A DNA stretch of 61,560 bases, counting the filler, from Sluysia triapertura (taxonomy: Eukaryota), in the NCBI GenBank assembly GCA_046118255.1. It is 4 parts of 4 records of this genome, joined end to end, with 100 filler letters (N's around TTAATTAATTAA, not from the genome) between each part and the next. Parts side by side here need not be neighbours in the genome. Positions count along the whole stretch, not along the records: positions 12,530 to 25,043 come from JBJNIA010102212.1; positions 25,144 to 37,591 come from JBJNIA010108314.1; 2 more parts are not named here. One strand, given 5' to 3'. Below are positions 12,530-27,750 of this stretch, piece by piece (the first letter of the stretch is position 1; each line of letters starts with the position of its first letter). Under the pieces are notes generated by a model. It was not told the origin of the DNA, made no database searches, and worked only from the letters and a program-made list of their open reading frames with translations. Position numbers and translations under genes: made by a program.

Positions 12530-15500
12530 TTCGGCTATACTTTGTATTAAAAGGATTGGTAAATAATTGTGAATTTACGAATCCGAACAAAATTCGGTAA
12601 AAATATTTACTCTGACCTATTCAATTTAAATCTATGGAGGTTAAAAATAGGATTTCTTAGGTGATTAATTAATAAATGTTAAACAGTAATTTACGTAGAT
12701 CCTATTAAAAGTATCTATAACAATATATTGAGTTTACGATTCCGAATAAACTTCGGAGGACTTAAATCAACTACTGATTTTAAAATTTTATATTTATGTA
12801 ATTTGCGAGGATTCGATAAACGAATTTTTTATTAATAATTATTAAGTAAATAAATTACTTAAAGTACATTACGGAAAAAACACAATTAATTATACCGTAG
12901 TGTAATATGCGTAATATATAAAAATGTGGTATTTACTATATTAACTGAAAAGTTAAGGCGATAAGATTTTAAAAATGAGTTTACGAAAGAACCCTTAATT
13001 GGTTCAAAAAGAAAATTATAAAATTAAATTCAGTGTATTTTACAATAGTACTTAAAATGTACCAACTTTACTAAAAAAAACAAACAATCGAAAAAGTTTG
13101 CAAGGCTAACAAAACGATTTTTAAATATTTTTTAATTGTGTAAATTATGTGTAAATTTCATTCATCCTTGACAACTCTGGACAAACAAAACTAAATATTT
13201 AATTTTACATTAAAATGGGATAGTTTATAAAATAACATTGAAATGAAATAATTTATGAATTACAAAATTATTAAATAATATTTTAATAATTAAAAATTAC
13301 TTACATAAATTAACAAAATCCGATATTATTAACAAAATTAATCAATAAAATAATGATAATAGACACATCAAAATTAATCAATACACTATCATAATTGTAG
13401 AATAAATCGATAAAATAATAATAATAGACACGCAATACAATCACTATTAGATCATAGATCATAATATTATGCCCAATAAATTTTTCTACTTCATTTTTTA
13501 ATATTTGCTCCATATACTTAAATTCTATTTTATGACAAATTTCTTGTAATAGTTATTGTCATATAAATGATTTTTAGATCTATTTTGGTGATAATATGAC
13601 AAATTTTATTTTTATATTAATTTTCATAATTTATTATGGTGGTTTGTTTTGTTAGTGTTACTTTTAATAAATTCAAGGTTTTTTGTTTTTATTTGCTACA
13701 TTTACCTTCTCCATTCGCTAATTAAGTATATTTTTTTATTTCAGAAATTTTAAGATACTGAAATTTTTGAAATTTCTGTTCACTTACTATAAAATTATTC
13801 GACACTATGTTTATTATAATAATTATTAATAGAAAATAAGTTTTTATTAAATCTAAATATAAAATTCAGCTTGCAGTCCACTGTCCAGTGTCACTGGTTA
13901 TATATCAATTGTGTTTTTCCATTTATTCAAATTGATTTATTCATTCTAAAAATTAATCTGAACCTGGTTACTAGCAATCTCATAAAATCAGTAGATCACA
14001 AAGAGTTAGATTGACGGTATTTAATAGAACCAGCATTATATCTAGATTTTAATATTGATAAGTTGTTCACTCTGGTAAGCATAATATGCTCTTGTTGTAA
14101 CTCATTATCGACTTTATAACTTTATATCGTGTTCCAAGAGCAACTTTGATCGATATGAATGTAGATCGCTTCTCGCATTGCATTGGTAATAATTTAGTAT
14201 TGGTTTATTAACACGACATATTCAAAAACAGATCCACCACACCAACAAATTTTAATTAATGGTAATATAAAAACGTTAAACTGTATTTATGAAGATATTT
14301 TTACTTGCTTTATTAATTATGCTAGTTTGATCGTATCTGGCGTGTATGTAAAACAAAAACGTTCTACGAATCAACTCGACCTACGAGATAACTCGTAGTT
14401 GGCAGTGTAGGTGTTAAACAATCAATTATATTTAGGGTTTTTTTTATTATATTAACCTTCCAATTGAACATCCTATTATGACTACTGCGACATTCGTAAC
14501 ATTTGATTATAAATTTTCTATGAATGCATGTCGTGCATCTAATATTAATAGAATTATACATTTGAAATTATTAAAATAAATATTATGTATTACTTGTTAG
14601 TGATAAGAAAATAAAGCCTAATAGAGATTAAACATTAGTTAAAAATTGGGACGTTATATGGTTATAAAAAACAAAACTAACTAATCATTTTGTTTATTTA
14701 ACAAAGATATAGTGATAAAATTTATAAAATTACGAAATTTATAAAAACATATGAATATATAAAAATATAACTTTTGATTATAACTTGTTTCTTGTACAAT
14801 GGACCATCACAATCACAATTTCATTGGTTCAGGTTATCTAACCACAATATACATTAATCCTGATCAAACGCTGATAATTGTTTTGTGTCAATATTTCCTT
14901 GTTTTCTTCATTTTATTTAAAACTAGATTTGTGGTTTTGTAGCTTATTAATAATAATAATATTATTATTATTAATTTATCATTAGATTACACATTTTCCT
15001 TTATTGTAGAATTAAATCCAACACTTGTGACGCACGACACTATTGATTATATTATTATTAATTTTCATTTATTATTTTTATCGATTGATTTATTTACGTT
15101 CACATATATATTTCAATTTAATAATTTCCTTATTTGTTTATTTATTATATTTTGCATTATTCAGTTTACTTTAATAATTTTAATTGGTATTGTTATAATG
15201 ATTATTTTTTAATTTTATAAAATTATATTTCTTTAAATATTATTATTTATTAAAATTGTTCATTTGATACTTCTTAAACAATTCAATATTATTATTAATT
15301 AAATAATCATTCTATTGTTGGTTCCTATTTTTGTTTCTATGTATTTATCATGGATTATAATATTTCCCATAAACCACATGGAATCACACGATACAAGTTC
15401 CACCTTTGCATAAGTATATAAATAGTAATTGTTTAAGTGTGAGATTTGATATCCATGTTTGATAATATTTTTATACACAAAACTTAATGTACTATAATTT

Positions 15501-15677
15501 ATTCAATTTATACATTTTTTCTAAATATACTTGGCCATAAAAATCTAGCACCATTCATGTTTCGTAAAACAATATTGAAAAACACATCCAATAATATAAA
15601 AAAAATAAATTAAATTAAAAAATTTAAATAAATAATAATAAATTATACTTCGGTTTTATTAAATATATTTAATTTAG

Positions 15678-18600
15678 GACGGCGATCAATAGTTGGGAAA
15701 AATTTATTGCGTAAACGACGAGGTTCAGGTAACTTTCAACGTACAAATACAGTCAGTAAGGTAGGAAAAGGTTGGATATCGTTTTATTTATATAGTAAAA
15801 ATATATATTTTTATTTTTACTTTTCAAATATTGCTTTATCAAAAAAGAATATGGATTTCGAGAAACATTGATTTTTTGAATGATTTGTTTCCGTTAAGTG
15901 AAGTTTTTACTCGAATCAAAAGTTTTAATTTTTGATTAAAATTCAATGTCAATATTTGTAGAAAATTACATTCGACGCGTTTTAATGTTGCTTCAGTATC
16001 TTTTGGATAGGAAAACTGTATTGAACAATGTTAATAAATTTTCGTGTTTGGTGAAAAAATCAATAGTGCATCCAATGGTCTTATAGATCTTTGAGTCTTT
16101 TTATATTAAGAGTGGGTAGCCTAACGGACCTATGTAGAGTGCAAAGCGGGCAAAAAAAACTGCACATTTGCAAAAAATACTTTTCAAATGATATAAATAT
16201 TTTCTTCGCTCTTAAGTGACGGTCCGCGAAAAGGGTACTAATACCCGTCTCGCTGATAATGTTTTAAATTTATAAATTTTAAACTAGATAAGATGAAAAT
16301 TTATTTTAGAGCTATATTATTTTCGTGTTAAATAAATGTTATTTGTATAATTTAAGTATTCTGCATACAATAAATGCTCAAAAATTACAATTACAAAAAT
16401 TACCACATGGCTTATTTGTAAGGTCAAAGTTACCTGTACGAAGTTTGGCGAATTAATTTGACACGAGCCAAATACATTGTTAACGCTTCATGCGGTCTGT
16501 GATGCCGTAATTCCACTTAAGAGAACTTATACTTTATAATAGTACGAATTTCCGACTTTTCCATTTTCAACAAAATTAATTTAAAAAAAATGTTTTTATT
16601 ATTTTTTCTAGCTTATAATTTTTTTTTAAACAGGCCAGTTATGTAACTTTCCATAATTATATTTATCTTATACATATTAGTTTTCGTTGTAGTCATAATA
16701 AACATTCAAAATGCACAAATAGTTTTGAAAAAAGTATTTAAAAACATAAAAATGAATCTTAACAATGTACCAGTCTGAATTATCAGTAAATAGTTCCATA
16801 AACTTTCTAGTTAACATCTGGTATGTCATGGTAGTTAATTACATCTATTAAAATCTGACGTTTTTATTTAATTTTTGATATATACAAAGTTCCATTACTG
16901 TTATTGTTACTTTCTTAAATTGCATAATATTAGAATCATTTATTGATATGATAAATGTTTTACGAATTTTAATTTTAATCGATATTACTGAAAATTATAT
17001 GCATAATCTAGAAAAATGAACAGATTACTAAACAATCGTGCTTTGGTTGTGAATACTTTAGTTTATTTGATGGTCTTCCAATTGACCAAAATTATATTTC
17101 TTCTAATAAAACCAAATTGACATCTTAGTAATTAAATCGTTAAATTTCAGGCAAGTAAAGTAAAATAACCTTAAAAAATTAAAACAATAGTTGAATGCAA
17201 AGTTATAAATGTTTGTATTGCAAAATCTTAAATATTTACTGAATATAATAAAGATGCCGAAGCTAACATAATTACCTTTGAGGAGAAATTTTACAAAATA
17301 TACTTTTACAATAAGCTGTTCAAAGGCGTTAAGTTATTGGAAGAATACAATAACAAGTTTTTCCATTTTAAGAATTATGTATTTAGACGCTTTAAATTAC
17401 TTGTTTCGTGGCAAATATTGGCGCAGCATGAGGTAGTGCACAATTGTTTAATATCTAATTAGAGAACATGAGATAACAATAACAGTCACTCAATATAAAG
17501 TCAATGATAATGATGAAAATGCATTTAATAGTTAAAGTTTAGAAATGATTTAGTGATATTTTAATTTTATATCTTTATAAAGAAAATTTATATAAGATTC
17601 ATTATTATAGTAATTTAATAAATTTTCAGATAAAATTAAATACAGTTTTATATTGTATAAAATTCGTAGTAATTTTAATTCCAGATATTATATTGCTTAT
17701 ATATTTATATTTTCATCATTCCTAGCACTTAGTTGGTTCCATTCTNNNNNNNNNNNNNNNNNNNNNNNNNNNNNNNNNNNNNNNNNNNNNNNNNNNNNNN
17801 NNNNNNNNNNNNNNNNNNNNNNNNNNNNNNNNNNNNNNNNNNNNNNNNNNNNNNNNNNNNNNNNNNNNNNNNNNNNNNNNNNNNNNNNNNNNNNNNNNNN
17901 NNNNNNNNNNNNNNNNNNNNNNNNNNNNNNNNNNNCTGTTCGTGGTAATAGATTAGGAAGTGTAAGATATAGAAAAGAGAGTAATCAATCACAAGTGAGT
18001 TACACAGTAGATGTTGGTGGCTATAATGATGATGCTACACCTACGCAGAAAGACCAACAGCAAACACATCAACAAGTTCCAGGAACTACATCAACTCCAT
18101 CCGATTCGCAAACCGCTGGTGGAACATCTTCTGTACGAGAACAAGACAATTGTGTTAATTATATGCCATGGTTATCTGTTGTTATACAATTTGCTAACAA
18201 GTTTGTTGATTTTTGATTTAATAAATACTAAAGTTTAGCGTTAAATGTGTAAATAGTTCCTTGTAAATTATAATAGCATTCTAAAGATGATGAAATTGAA
18301 AGCTCAAAGTAACCAATTCTGAAAAGTTATTGAATGTGTGTTATTTTAAAAAATCTACTAATTTGTTTTTCATGATGGTCTTATTGATTATGTTTATTCA
18401 GAACAAATTTTGTGTGCGTACACGATGGTTATTGTCATCCTGATTGTTACGAACGGCAGCAGCGTCAATGTCGTCGATTAATCGATGCAGTTCGAACGGT
18501 TTATAGTGTGGATTTATCAAGATTCAAACAAAAGCCCGGTTCAGGTGATACTTCGAGCAATTACCATGATTCACTCAAATCAGGTTCACATTAAATTATT

Positions 18601-21600
18601 TGTAATTGTTTGAAAAGTTGTTTATAATTTTAAATATGTTGCTCATAATAATAAACTATTTTTGAAAAAATAAAAACACCTAGAAATTTTTATTCATTTA
18701 CAATTTATTTATTATTTAAAATATAATCCTTCGTGTTCTAAACGGTCTTGTCAGTGATAATGTAATCTTTGCTTTTAGAAGCGAAAATTTATTCGCAGTC
18801 ATTTATGTTATCGCCAAAATTGAAGGTTCTGTTCTTTAAAAAATGAACCATTGACCGGAACAAGTAATAATCCAATTGAGCAAGATCTTTATTATAAGCT
18901 GAACTTTGAATTGACCCGAAAAAATCATCTATTATTTTTTTCCTTTTTTTACTACGCGAGATAAAATTTTATTTACGTTGACTAATTCATTATAACGATC
19001 AATCATATTAACTTCTCTTTATTTAATTATAATAAATGTTAGAAATGAAAACCTGATAATCATGAATCAATTCGAAGTAAACTTTACCTTCAAAGTTCGA
19101 TCAAATACATCATGCTATTTTTCACGATCGGTTGACCATTTCTAACCGTCGCTAAAAATACTCATTTTTAAACATTCTTATTACTACTGGAGTGTACCAC
19201 CGAATGCATGATGATAAAGATGTGTTATTTACTTTTATATAACAAATTTAATGTTGAAAAGTCTCAGATTCAAATTTAATTAATTTGTGATTCAAGTAGT
19301 ATAAATAATGGCTGAATGTAAAGAATTTGTAACGAAATATGAAACCGAAGAAAAGCGTGGTGTAATTCAAATTTCGGAAGTTTATAAGTATAAGACATTT
19401 AGTAATAGTTACATTATTTTAAAAATATGATTGTCGGAACATTGCATGCATACAAGAAGATACTTCCGAGTTCAAAACTATATAAATGATACTTGATCGA
19501 TCGATCTGAATTACGAATAGAAAACTTTTATTTTATGGCATTTATAATCTAGCGTTTAATACACAATTAATATAAATAATAAAAATAAATCAGTTGGATC
19601 ATTTTTTCAATGAATTTAAATATAATAGTTCTGTGCGCTGTAGAGTTGTATTATTATAATACAACTTGTAAAATTAGTAAAATTGAAGATTTGTAAAAGT
19701 AGTCGCTCAGTTAATTGATCTAGTTCACGGTTTTTGATCTTAAATTCGTAACCGTCTCTATGACAATTAAAATGTTGACAAATATATTTATCCTGAAGGT
19801 CTGGAGCAGTTAACTCAAACAAAAAATAGAGGTGCTTGATTAAATTTATTTTGTATATCAAGTGATCAATGACCAAATGTTCTTTACATTTTCCAAAATC
19901 AAAAATAATTTTATTACAATGATGAAAACTAAAAGTGACAGATTCTATCAGTGTAACTTAAAGATCCGAAATCTTGACTTTTGTGTCACTGGACAATTTA
20001 TAATTAAAATTAAGATAGGAATTTTCCTTGTTATTATTAATTGAAATAAAAATTTTATAAATAATAAAAAATAAAACGTCAAAAATTTATATAGCATATA
20101 ACTATCAAAATGAAATTGAAGAATAGAAAAATTAACATACTTATGATTATTATATAGTCTATTTGTTTCTTTTAGACGTCTAAAATCTTCATTTTCAAAT
20201 TATACATATTGTGAAGCGGTATCAATCCGCTTCACTTTTACATATTCTGGATCATTGACATTGAAAGTTTTGTAATTCCTCAAAAACCTGACAACCATCT
20301 TGGTTTTATCAATTTTTTGCCTGATTTTAATTTTTCTTTTTCTTAGTTAATTACTTTGCTGATCATCTCTTGATTTGGCCATTTGTTTATTTTTTACTAC
20401 TATCTTTTTTCACATCAATTCAATTACCTCAATCTTTTTTCTCTACAAGATTTTTTAATTTTTGTTAATATTTTGGCTATTAATTCTATTAATTCTATAC
20501 TGTGTAATTCTATATTGGCAGCCATTTGTAAAATTTTTATTTTAAATTTGCTATAAACACATTCATTATCCTTTTATTCGATGAAACGTGAATTGGCACT
20601 AAGTTTGCCAATTCGCATTTGATTGGACTCAAATTTCAACATGTGCATAAACACATAAAAGCCTAGATTAATGGCCATTTTGTTTTGCTTTATTATTATA
20701 ATAATAATAATTATTATTATTATTATTAAAATAAGTATTATTTTCTGTGTAATACAAGACAAAAAAATCTCGTTCTACGTATATTTTATACAAATTTTTT
20801 TTCTGATTTAACATTATTTATAAGAATTTCGACTTATTTGATTTTCTTTTGGTACGGATTTTGTATTTTTCGAATCTTGATGTTGACGCTTTCTTTGATT
20901 CATTTCATTGATTTTATTTGAAAATCATTCTTTTGTTTTTCTGCAATTTATAAGTGATGTTCCATGTTTTTTTGTTTTTTTTTATTTCGATTGAAGTAAT
21001 TTTTCTTTATGGCTCTAGATATTTATTCACAATTGTGTAAAAACTGCAAAACAATTAATATTTATCACTACCACATAGTCACCATTAGCTGAAATTTTAT
21101 GGTTCTTTTGTACGCAATAGAAACATAATAAGTATAAGAAACTGTTCAAAATATTTACATAAATTGTTACTTTGTCTTTACTTCTTCATTTTCTTCACTA
21201 CTTTTGATAAGTTCATTAAATTTATGTTCTTTTTTTAAAGGAAATTGTTCAACACTATGCATCTTTTCCTGTGGCTTTTTAATAATTTCAATGAATGTGT
21301 TTAATTATACAAATTGTATGGCATCCTTTGAATTTGTATAAATTTTAAATTATTCTATCAAGATAATTCGTGACGAAACGAAAAAAATCATGATAAGTTA
21401 CATTTATACATATTTGAAATATGTTTAAAATTTAAACAAATTTATGCATGTAAACAAATATCTGATCATCCTTTTTTGAGTATTTACAAATGAAATGTAA
21501 AGATTGATGATTATCCAAATCTACCTTTTGAATAATAAGAGTATTGAGTTTTTTTTATTTTCATGTTTTACAATGATTGCCTTACTTCCTTTCTTTAACT

Positions 21601-22664
21601 TTCTTTTACTTATTTCTTTTGGATGTTTCGAAGCTTTCTATAAGATTTTGCTTGTTTATTTCTGATTCATGTACGAATGTACTTTTTAAATTTAGCATTT
21701 AGAATAAAAAATATGTACTATAAAAATCATTTTTCTTTTGATAATAAAATATTGACAAATTATTAAGGTAAAGTAATTGAATCAACTGAACGTTTACCTC
21801 AAAAAATTAATAAATCAAAAGATCAAGATGAAATTCGTGCAAAACGAGAATTATACAATTACAGCAGAGAAAAGAAAATCGATAATTAAAATCAATAAAA
21901 TCTTCAGTAGACGAATGAAAGAGTTTGACCAATTTTTGTTGAAAGCATTTTGGAAAAAGTGTTGAATATAAGGCTTAAGTCAGCTAATATGCCAGAAACA
22001 TCAATATATTCGAATAATATATTATATTTTTTAAGTGTATCATCAATTGGGAACCAAAAATTTATTTAGAATTTAATTTTAGATTATTGAAATATTTAAA
22101 AATAATTAAACTATTTTTAAACTATTAAAATATTAGTTAATCAATTGTAAAAAATCTGTCATTAATCATAAGTGCATGCTTTGTTTAAAGAAATTAATTA
22201 TTTCAGAATAATTTTCTCAAAAATAATGTTATGATGTTTGAAAATATTGATTGGGTCATTTCTTGTTATCATTGTTCTAAACTTCTTGCATCTTTCTATG
22301 TAAGTTGAATATTTCTCATGTTGCAGACAAGTTGCAGTGCATTTCCTGCGACACAACTTCATATTTATTTTCTAAATCGCCAAATAATCAGGCAAACTAA
22401 AAGTTGTGATTCCCAAAATTAAAGAGTTTGACAGACATAAATATACAAAATTTTCTTTGAAGAAAAATCTTGGAATATAGTGATTTAATCATATCTTGAT
22501 CGATTACGGCCAATATAAAATCGTAAAATTCATTATATACTTACGAATAGTTGACATATTTAATTCTATAAATGCATATGTATCTCATTTAAATCGTTCT
22601 CCATTAAGGCTAGAGCATATGATATATCATCTGCTAACATAATATAATAAAAGCTTTACTGAAA

Positions 22665-22725
<61 letters not shown>

Positions 22726-23705
22726 TCACTATCCATTATGTTTAGAAGCACGACCTTCAATTGTGAGTGGATTTTCTCAAGATTCAGACTCCAATATTAG
22801 TTCGACTGTTTCTTCAATGTCGTCTACGGACTCATTAACAGCTATAGCTAGTCATAGTGATGACAGTTCAAATTCTTCAGGAAATACTTCGTCGAGTTCA
22901 GATGATAGTGACTCTGAATGTATGGGATATGGAGATGACAGTGGTATTTATTGTGGTAATAGTGTTGATTTAGATGCTGGTCTTCAGTTGTTAATGCATC
23001 GTGCAACTTCGGATGGTGCTGGTATTGGTAATCTAGATGAAAAGAAGATGAGCTTGTGGTCTCGCGGAACACGGCGCAAAGAATCATCAACTGGTGGATT
23101 CCATTCACCTCATCACTCTACAGGTATACTTCTTTCATTCTTTTGTTCTACAAAAATTTATTAAATTTAGTGATAAAGCAGAGTTTAAACAACATTTATA
23201 ATCTCACCATATTGGAAATCCATTATGTTGACGTTTCTGTGAGCATGTTTGGGTGTTATGGTCTTTATATAATGGTGTTTTTTATATAATAAAATGGAAC
23301 ATTCCATTAACATCAGTATAAGCTTGAGTAAACTTTATATGCCTTGTTATTTCATATAAATTTGATAGAGAAATTGCTTTACTGAACTTTGTAAAAATAT
23401 TATTTGAAATTGTGCTTTTCTCATTAATGATTTTGATATTTGTGATTTTAGCAACTGGTATGTTAGAAAGATTTCTTTTAAAATCTCGCAGTAACAATGA
23501 TGGTAGTGGTCAGAATAATGCCGGTGACGATTATGATGGTGGCGTGGGAGCTTTTGAAGGTCTAGATGGTTTTGCTGCAACTCGAAGAACAAGCAATGAA
23601 ATGGGAGGTTCCGAAGTTGGTGTGGGTCTTAGTGAAAGGCAAAGAATGAAGAAGGGTGTTGGTAAACCAGTTGATCATCCAATTCTAAGATACCTAGATA
23701 ATTAT
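15678..23705 (+). CDS. UNC80: UNC-80 (NALCN channel complex subunit), internal exons: 15678-15760 (tentative), <17936-18200, 18402-18583, 22746-23123, 23452-23705
   Basis: YMPWLSVVIQFANK/TNFVCVHDGYCHPDCYERQQRQCRRLIDAVRTVY matches the UNC80 motif C.H..YCHP.CY......C.RL..A....Y. GT-AG junction phases (2, 1, 1) are consistent across the last four exons. Confidence 0.8.
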
Positions 23706-25906
23706 GTTATTATTATTATTATTAAATAATTTTAAAATTTATTGGTTACGTAAGGAACTGTTACCATCAGTTTGTCTCCTTTTTATTCTATGTTAATTTA
23801 TATTGGCCAATATTCAAATTGAAGCCTGAATATAACTATCTATTTAGTTTTGTCTTTTTATTAATAATATATTACTATTTTGCTTTTACAACTTTTCATT
23901 AACAATCTTACCAGATGGTATGACCTTATTAAATTATTGTATTGATGCTGAAATCAAAACTAAATTCTTTACTTTAGTTAAACTGTTTTTCCTTATTTTA
24001 TTAATTGGAATAAAAGTATTTTCATTTATTGAAGTTCTTTCATGATTAATAATAACTGCTTGATTCTAAAAGAAAGATTACTTCAGTTTTAAACAATGGT
24101 ACACTTTACAATATAAAAGGACGTAATGAAAAATTTATTATTTGTCATAAATTCTATTGAGTTTGTTTAATTAATATTTCAACATTTATTAATTTCGAAA
24201 GCCTTAATCCTAAGTTAAACTCCAATACTGTAAAGAGAATATTACAATCATGCTTTAAATTTATATCTATAAATCTATAGAACCCACTATATAAGTAAAC
24301 AATAATTTATTCAAAAATATATTCTATCATTTAGACATTTTTCAAGTCATAAATGATTCGGCACTATTTATAACTTGAACACACAAGATCGAATCTCAAA
24401 CCAAGCAGATCTGAAAGCTTGTGAGACTTATAAAACTGACGCTTACTGCTGAGAATATATATTCATTATTTCTTATGAATCGCTTCATTCAAATGAAAGT
24501 ATTGTTTTCAAATTATTCTCAACATTTTTTGGAACACAAATTTCTTCACTTTGAAAAGTCATTAACGACGATATATAAAATGTAACAAGATCATTTTATT
24601 TTACTCTAAGAGCAGTACTTCATCAAGGTTACAACCAAGCGAATAGAAATATATCCTTCTCATTAGATCTTATTCGCATATTTGAGCACGATAACTTCAG
24701 TGATTCTAGCAAAGAATTCTTTAATGAATGAAAAGTGAATGAAATTTCTTTCTAATGACAGCTCTCTCATAATTTTTTAGAGATTATATATTTGTTGGAG
24801 TTTTAGATTATCTTTATTCATGTGGGTTAAATAAATAATTAAAATTAATTTATATAATATTACATTGAAAATGGCAATGCTAAATAATAAATCAACCTCA
24901 AAAAAGGGTCCGGCTCTAATAAACTTTATGAGTCAATTACTATTGTAGTGAGGGCTTTTGAATAGGTTAAAATATTATCGTTGTCGCCTCTATTCTTGAC
25001 GTTGAAGGTACAAATATAAGTAACTGTCTTTTTAGAACGAATTNNNNNNNNNNNNNNNNNNNNNNNNNNNNNNNNNNNNNNNNNNNNTTAATTAATTAAN
25101 NNNNNNNNNNNNNNNNNNNNNNNNNNNNNNNNNNNNNNNNNNNATAACGATTGTCATTTTTCATAAACCATGTTTAATTAGGTTAGATTTTTATTAAACA
25201 ACACTAACACTGATATTTTGTAGAAAAATAGTAAATAATTCAGCAAAACTGACAACTTATCTCCAACTGTTGCAAATCCAACATCTTCAGAAACGACGTC
25301 TAACGGTATGAGACATGACCAATCCAACATTCTTAACCCGACTAGGTTAAATAGTAAAGTTTAAATTTATGCATTTCAATAATTTTGTAAAATCAATAAT
25401 ATTCAAACTAGATTTGCTTTAAAATTACATTAATTTATGTGCTTCTGCATCTGTAATTATTAATTCCTATATAAAATTAAATATATGATAACCCAAAATA
25501 GACAATATTAGCAATATAAAATTTATTTATTTATTATACAAATTTTTATACAAAGTGTGATTGTGTTGAATTACTAATAAACACTGAAACATTTAGCAAT
25601 TTTTTGTAAGCTTATTTCAGTTCTTCTTTGTAGATATTATTTTATTATTTTCGAAATGGGGGAAGCACGGTTTCTAGAAGTTGTGTGATTATAATACATA
25701 ATCTTACTTACATATTACTTAGATGAGTAATTTCGTGTTGATTAATAAATTAATTTAATTAATTAATTAAGTAAAATAATAATTTAATCCGCTATCTTCT
25801 CGTTAATTTAAATCGCAAGGCTTCCATTTTTATTACATCTTTCTTTCATTGCATAACTTCACTTCATTCCAAAATTATATTATAGAACACATTTTAATTA
25901 AGTTAA

Positions 25907-26459
25907 CACTTAAATCGCCGGCGTTGCATAAATGAAATGTTACGCGACTATCGCTAAACCGCTGGGGTTGCATTAATGCAATCTGTAACATGCTTGTTAA
26001 CAACGCATCTATATTGATTGTCTTACGTTTTTTATCTTGTCAATTGAAATGATACTGATATAGCCATTTTCTTATGCACACTCAGTTTCTTTGTGTACAT
26101 TTATGAATGAGTTTACATACGCGATATATTTTTCTAATTATTTTAAATAATAGTTATAAAATATTTAAAAAGAATGTCGAAGAAATCTATGCAGATTATT
26201 TATCTTGCAATGAAGAACAAAGTGATTTAAAAAATTCTCAAGACGAAGATTTTAGTGACATTTCCGAAGATAGTGGTTATTCTGAAATTATACCTGTCAC
26301 AAAAAACGTAAAACCAATCAACCCCTCGATACATAAATGACGTTTAAAATCGATTGATCTCAAACTGACAATGAACCGTATCTTGACCAAGTTTTGGAAA
26401 ATAGCGGAGTTACTTCAAATTTCGAATTAAAAATGCGTTAAATGCCGGTAATTTAAATA
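25907..26459 (+). mobile_element. piggyBac-like deleted element with acidic transposase N-terminal remnant
   Basis: Left end TTAA|CACTTAAATCGCCGGCG and imperfect inverted right end TGCCGGTAATTTAA. Internal acidic stretch EEQSDLKNSQDEDFSDISEDS. A related terminus lies at ~57510-57544. Confidence 0.4.
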
Positions 26460-27750
26460 TATATGCGATTAAAATAATAGGCTGTCAAAGTGTTAATTTT
26501 ATCAATCTTATATCTTATGTTATCTAAAAATGTCGTTCATAAACATATTTCCTGTCGTACACAATTTATCCGTTTATTATCGTTACTATTATCATTATTA
26601 TTTCCATCATTATTAATAATTTTATCAATAATTATATTATTAACTATTATTACTTTTTATTAATTTTATTTTTATTATAATTATTTTTATTACCGCTAAT
26701 TTTTCATTTTTAATTATTATTTCTATTAATATTTTTATTAGTAAATTCAAAAATTTTATTTTTTTATTGTTGGGTCTGGTTAAAGCTGAAGGGGAGCGCA
26801 AGGTTTATAGCTTTTAATGTAAAAAATAAGATTATTAAAAAAGTAAATAAGATAAAACATTATGTTAGGGAAAAATGTGTGTGAAGTATTTAAATAAAAT
26901 GAAATAATGAAATAAAAAATTAAGTACATTTGTTAATTAATTTAATAATAATGTTACGAAGCATGTCGACGCAGATAACGTAAAAATCACTTATCCTTAT
27001 TAATTTTTATTACCTAAAATTTATATTCAACTTTGAATATTGAGCTTCATTTCCATTAAGAAACGTGATTGAGGACTTATCTTTAGTAATTGATTAAACT
27101 TTATATGTAATATTTTTATTGTTTAATTTAATAAATAAGTTTTATTAAATAAGTTTTAATTTATTATTGTTAAATACAGTCGCCAACTTTTATAGTGTTG
27201 TGTCACCCCTGTTTTTATTAGATTTAGTACTTAAGTTAGTGATTTATAATTGTTGAATTTATACATTGAAAGTATATCATTATAAAAGAGTAATTGATAA
27301 TTTATTGTGCTAATTAAAAATATATTGAGATTTCGCATTAATTTAATTGTTGAGTTATATTTAAATATTTTCAAATAAAGACAACATTATTAATAATTTA
27401 ATTTCTAAGTTACTTTATTAATTGAATTAATTTTTTATAATTAAATTAATTTTTATTTTTAATATAATTTTTATTCTAATTTAAATTTAGATGATTTCAC
27501 TTCTAAGTCCTTTTGATTCGACACTATAACCTGAATAGGCTTTTCTCAAATATTTTTATGTACTCTAACTCTTAAAAAAATTACGTTCTAGTTACTTTTG
27601 GTTTGTATTAAGTCATGCTTCCTCATTTCAAATTTTCAAATCTTCTGAAGCTAATAGTTTTGACATGCTAAATAAGTGTGGTACGTTCTGATTTATTTCG
27701 CGAATTCCATTTTTATTCTTGGTTTTTTCGATTTTAGGACTACTTATTTA

